A DNA stretch of 64,000 nt, taken from the human T2T-CHM13v2.0 reference genome, Homo sapiens. The notes beneath the pieces are model-generated. The model searched no databases and had not been told where the DNA came from. It saw nothing but the letters and a program-made list of their open reading frames with translations. Every line of letters begins with the position of its first letter. Position 1 is the first letter of the stretch. Both the position numbers and the translations under genes were made by a program. This document shows positions 63,542-64,000 of this stretch, in pieces. The stretch is taken from assembly GCF_009914755.1 (NCBI RefSeq), contig NC_060946.1. One strand, given 5' to 3'.

Positions 63542-64000
63542 GTGTTTGAGTCTGTGGATGAGGTGGAGCAGGTGGAGGCTGAAGGCAGATTGGAGGAGAA
63601 ACAGCCCAAGATCCCCAATGGGAACCTAGTGAACGGCACTTGTTCCCCAGACTCGGGTCATCCTTCCTCCCATAACTTCTCCTCGGGCCTCTCAGAGCAC
63701 TCAGAGCCCAGTCTGAGCACAGAAGACAGTGTCTTGGACGCCCAGCGGAACACCCCCACGGTGCTGCGACCTAGGGATGGCAGCGTGGATGACAGGCAGA
63801 GCAGCGAGGCCACCACATCTCAGGATGAGGCTCCCCGGGAGGAGCTGGCCGTGCAGGACAGCCTGGAGAGTGACCTCCTGGCCAACGAGAGCATGGACGA
63901 GTTCATGTCCATCACGGGCAGCCTGGACATGGCCCTGCCTGAAAAGGACGATGTTGTGATGGAGGGCTGGAGGAGCAGCGAGACAGAGAAACATGGCCAG
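63542..64000 (+). CDS. SGSM1: SGSM1 large acidic/Ser-rich exon (VFESVDEVEQVEAEGRLEEKQPKIPNG...SETEKHGQ), truncated by the window edge
   Basis: gtcctcag|GTG acceptor; frame stays open to the end of the window. Confidence 0.93.
   Translation, partial: MFESVDEVEQVEAEGRLEEKQPKIPNGNLVNGTCSPDSGHPSSHNFSSGLSEHSEPSLSTEDSVLDAQRNTPTVLRPRDGSVDDRQSSEATTSQDEAPREELAVQDSLESDLLANESMDEFMSITGSLDMALPEKDDVVMEGWRSSETEKHGQ

Overview
Primate (most likely human, chr22q11.23) genomic DNA covering the internal part of SGSM1 (RUTBC2; RUN- and TBC-domain Rab GAP) on the + strand. I resolve 18 coding exons with GT-AG boundaries and consistent phases, from [13 protein letters not shown]... (10432) to an acidic exon that runs off the right edge. 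The first coding exons and the C-terminal TBC exons lie outside the window. The introns are dense in repeats: about 50 Alus, nested L2/L1/LTR stacks, THE1, MLT, MER DNA transposons and microsatellites. Most ORFs in the supplied track are Alu/L1 artefacts or exon read-through. I see no evidence of a wholly new gene system. The most notable unexplained structures are: (1) an inverted templated insertion inside an AluY, copied from just upstream of the next splice acceptor; (2) a probable antisense retrocopied 3'UTR fragment in the same intron; (3) a fossil Alu-Alu unequal-crossover duplication; (4) a solo LTR13 carrying a CTCF-like motif; (5) two frame-preserving cassette-like exons and a large YCAY cluster; (6) a tandem array of L2 3' ends. 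Repeat subfamily names and repeat boundaries are by eye and approximate. Exon numbers are inferred.
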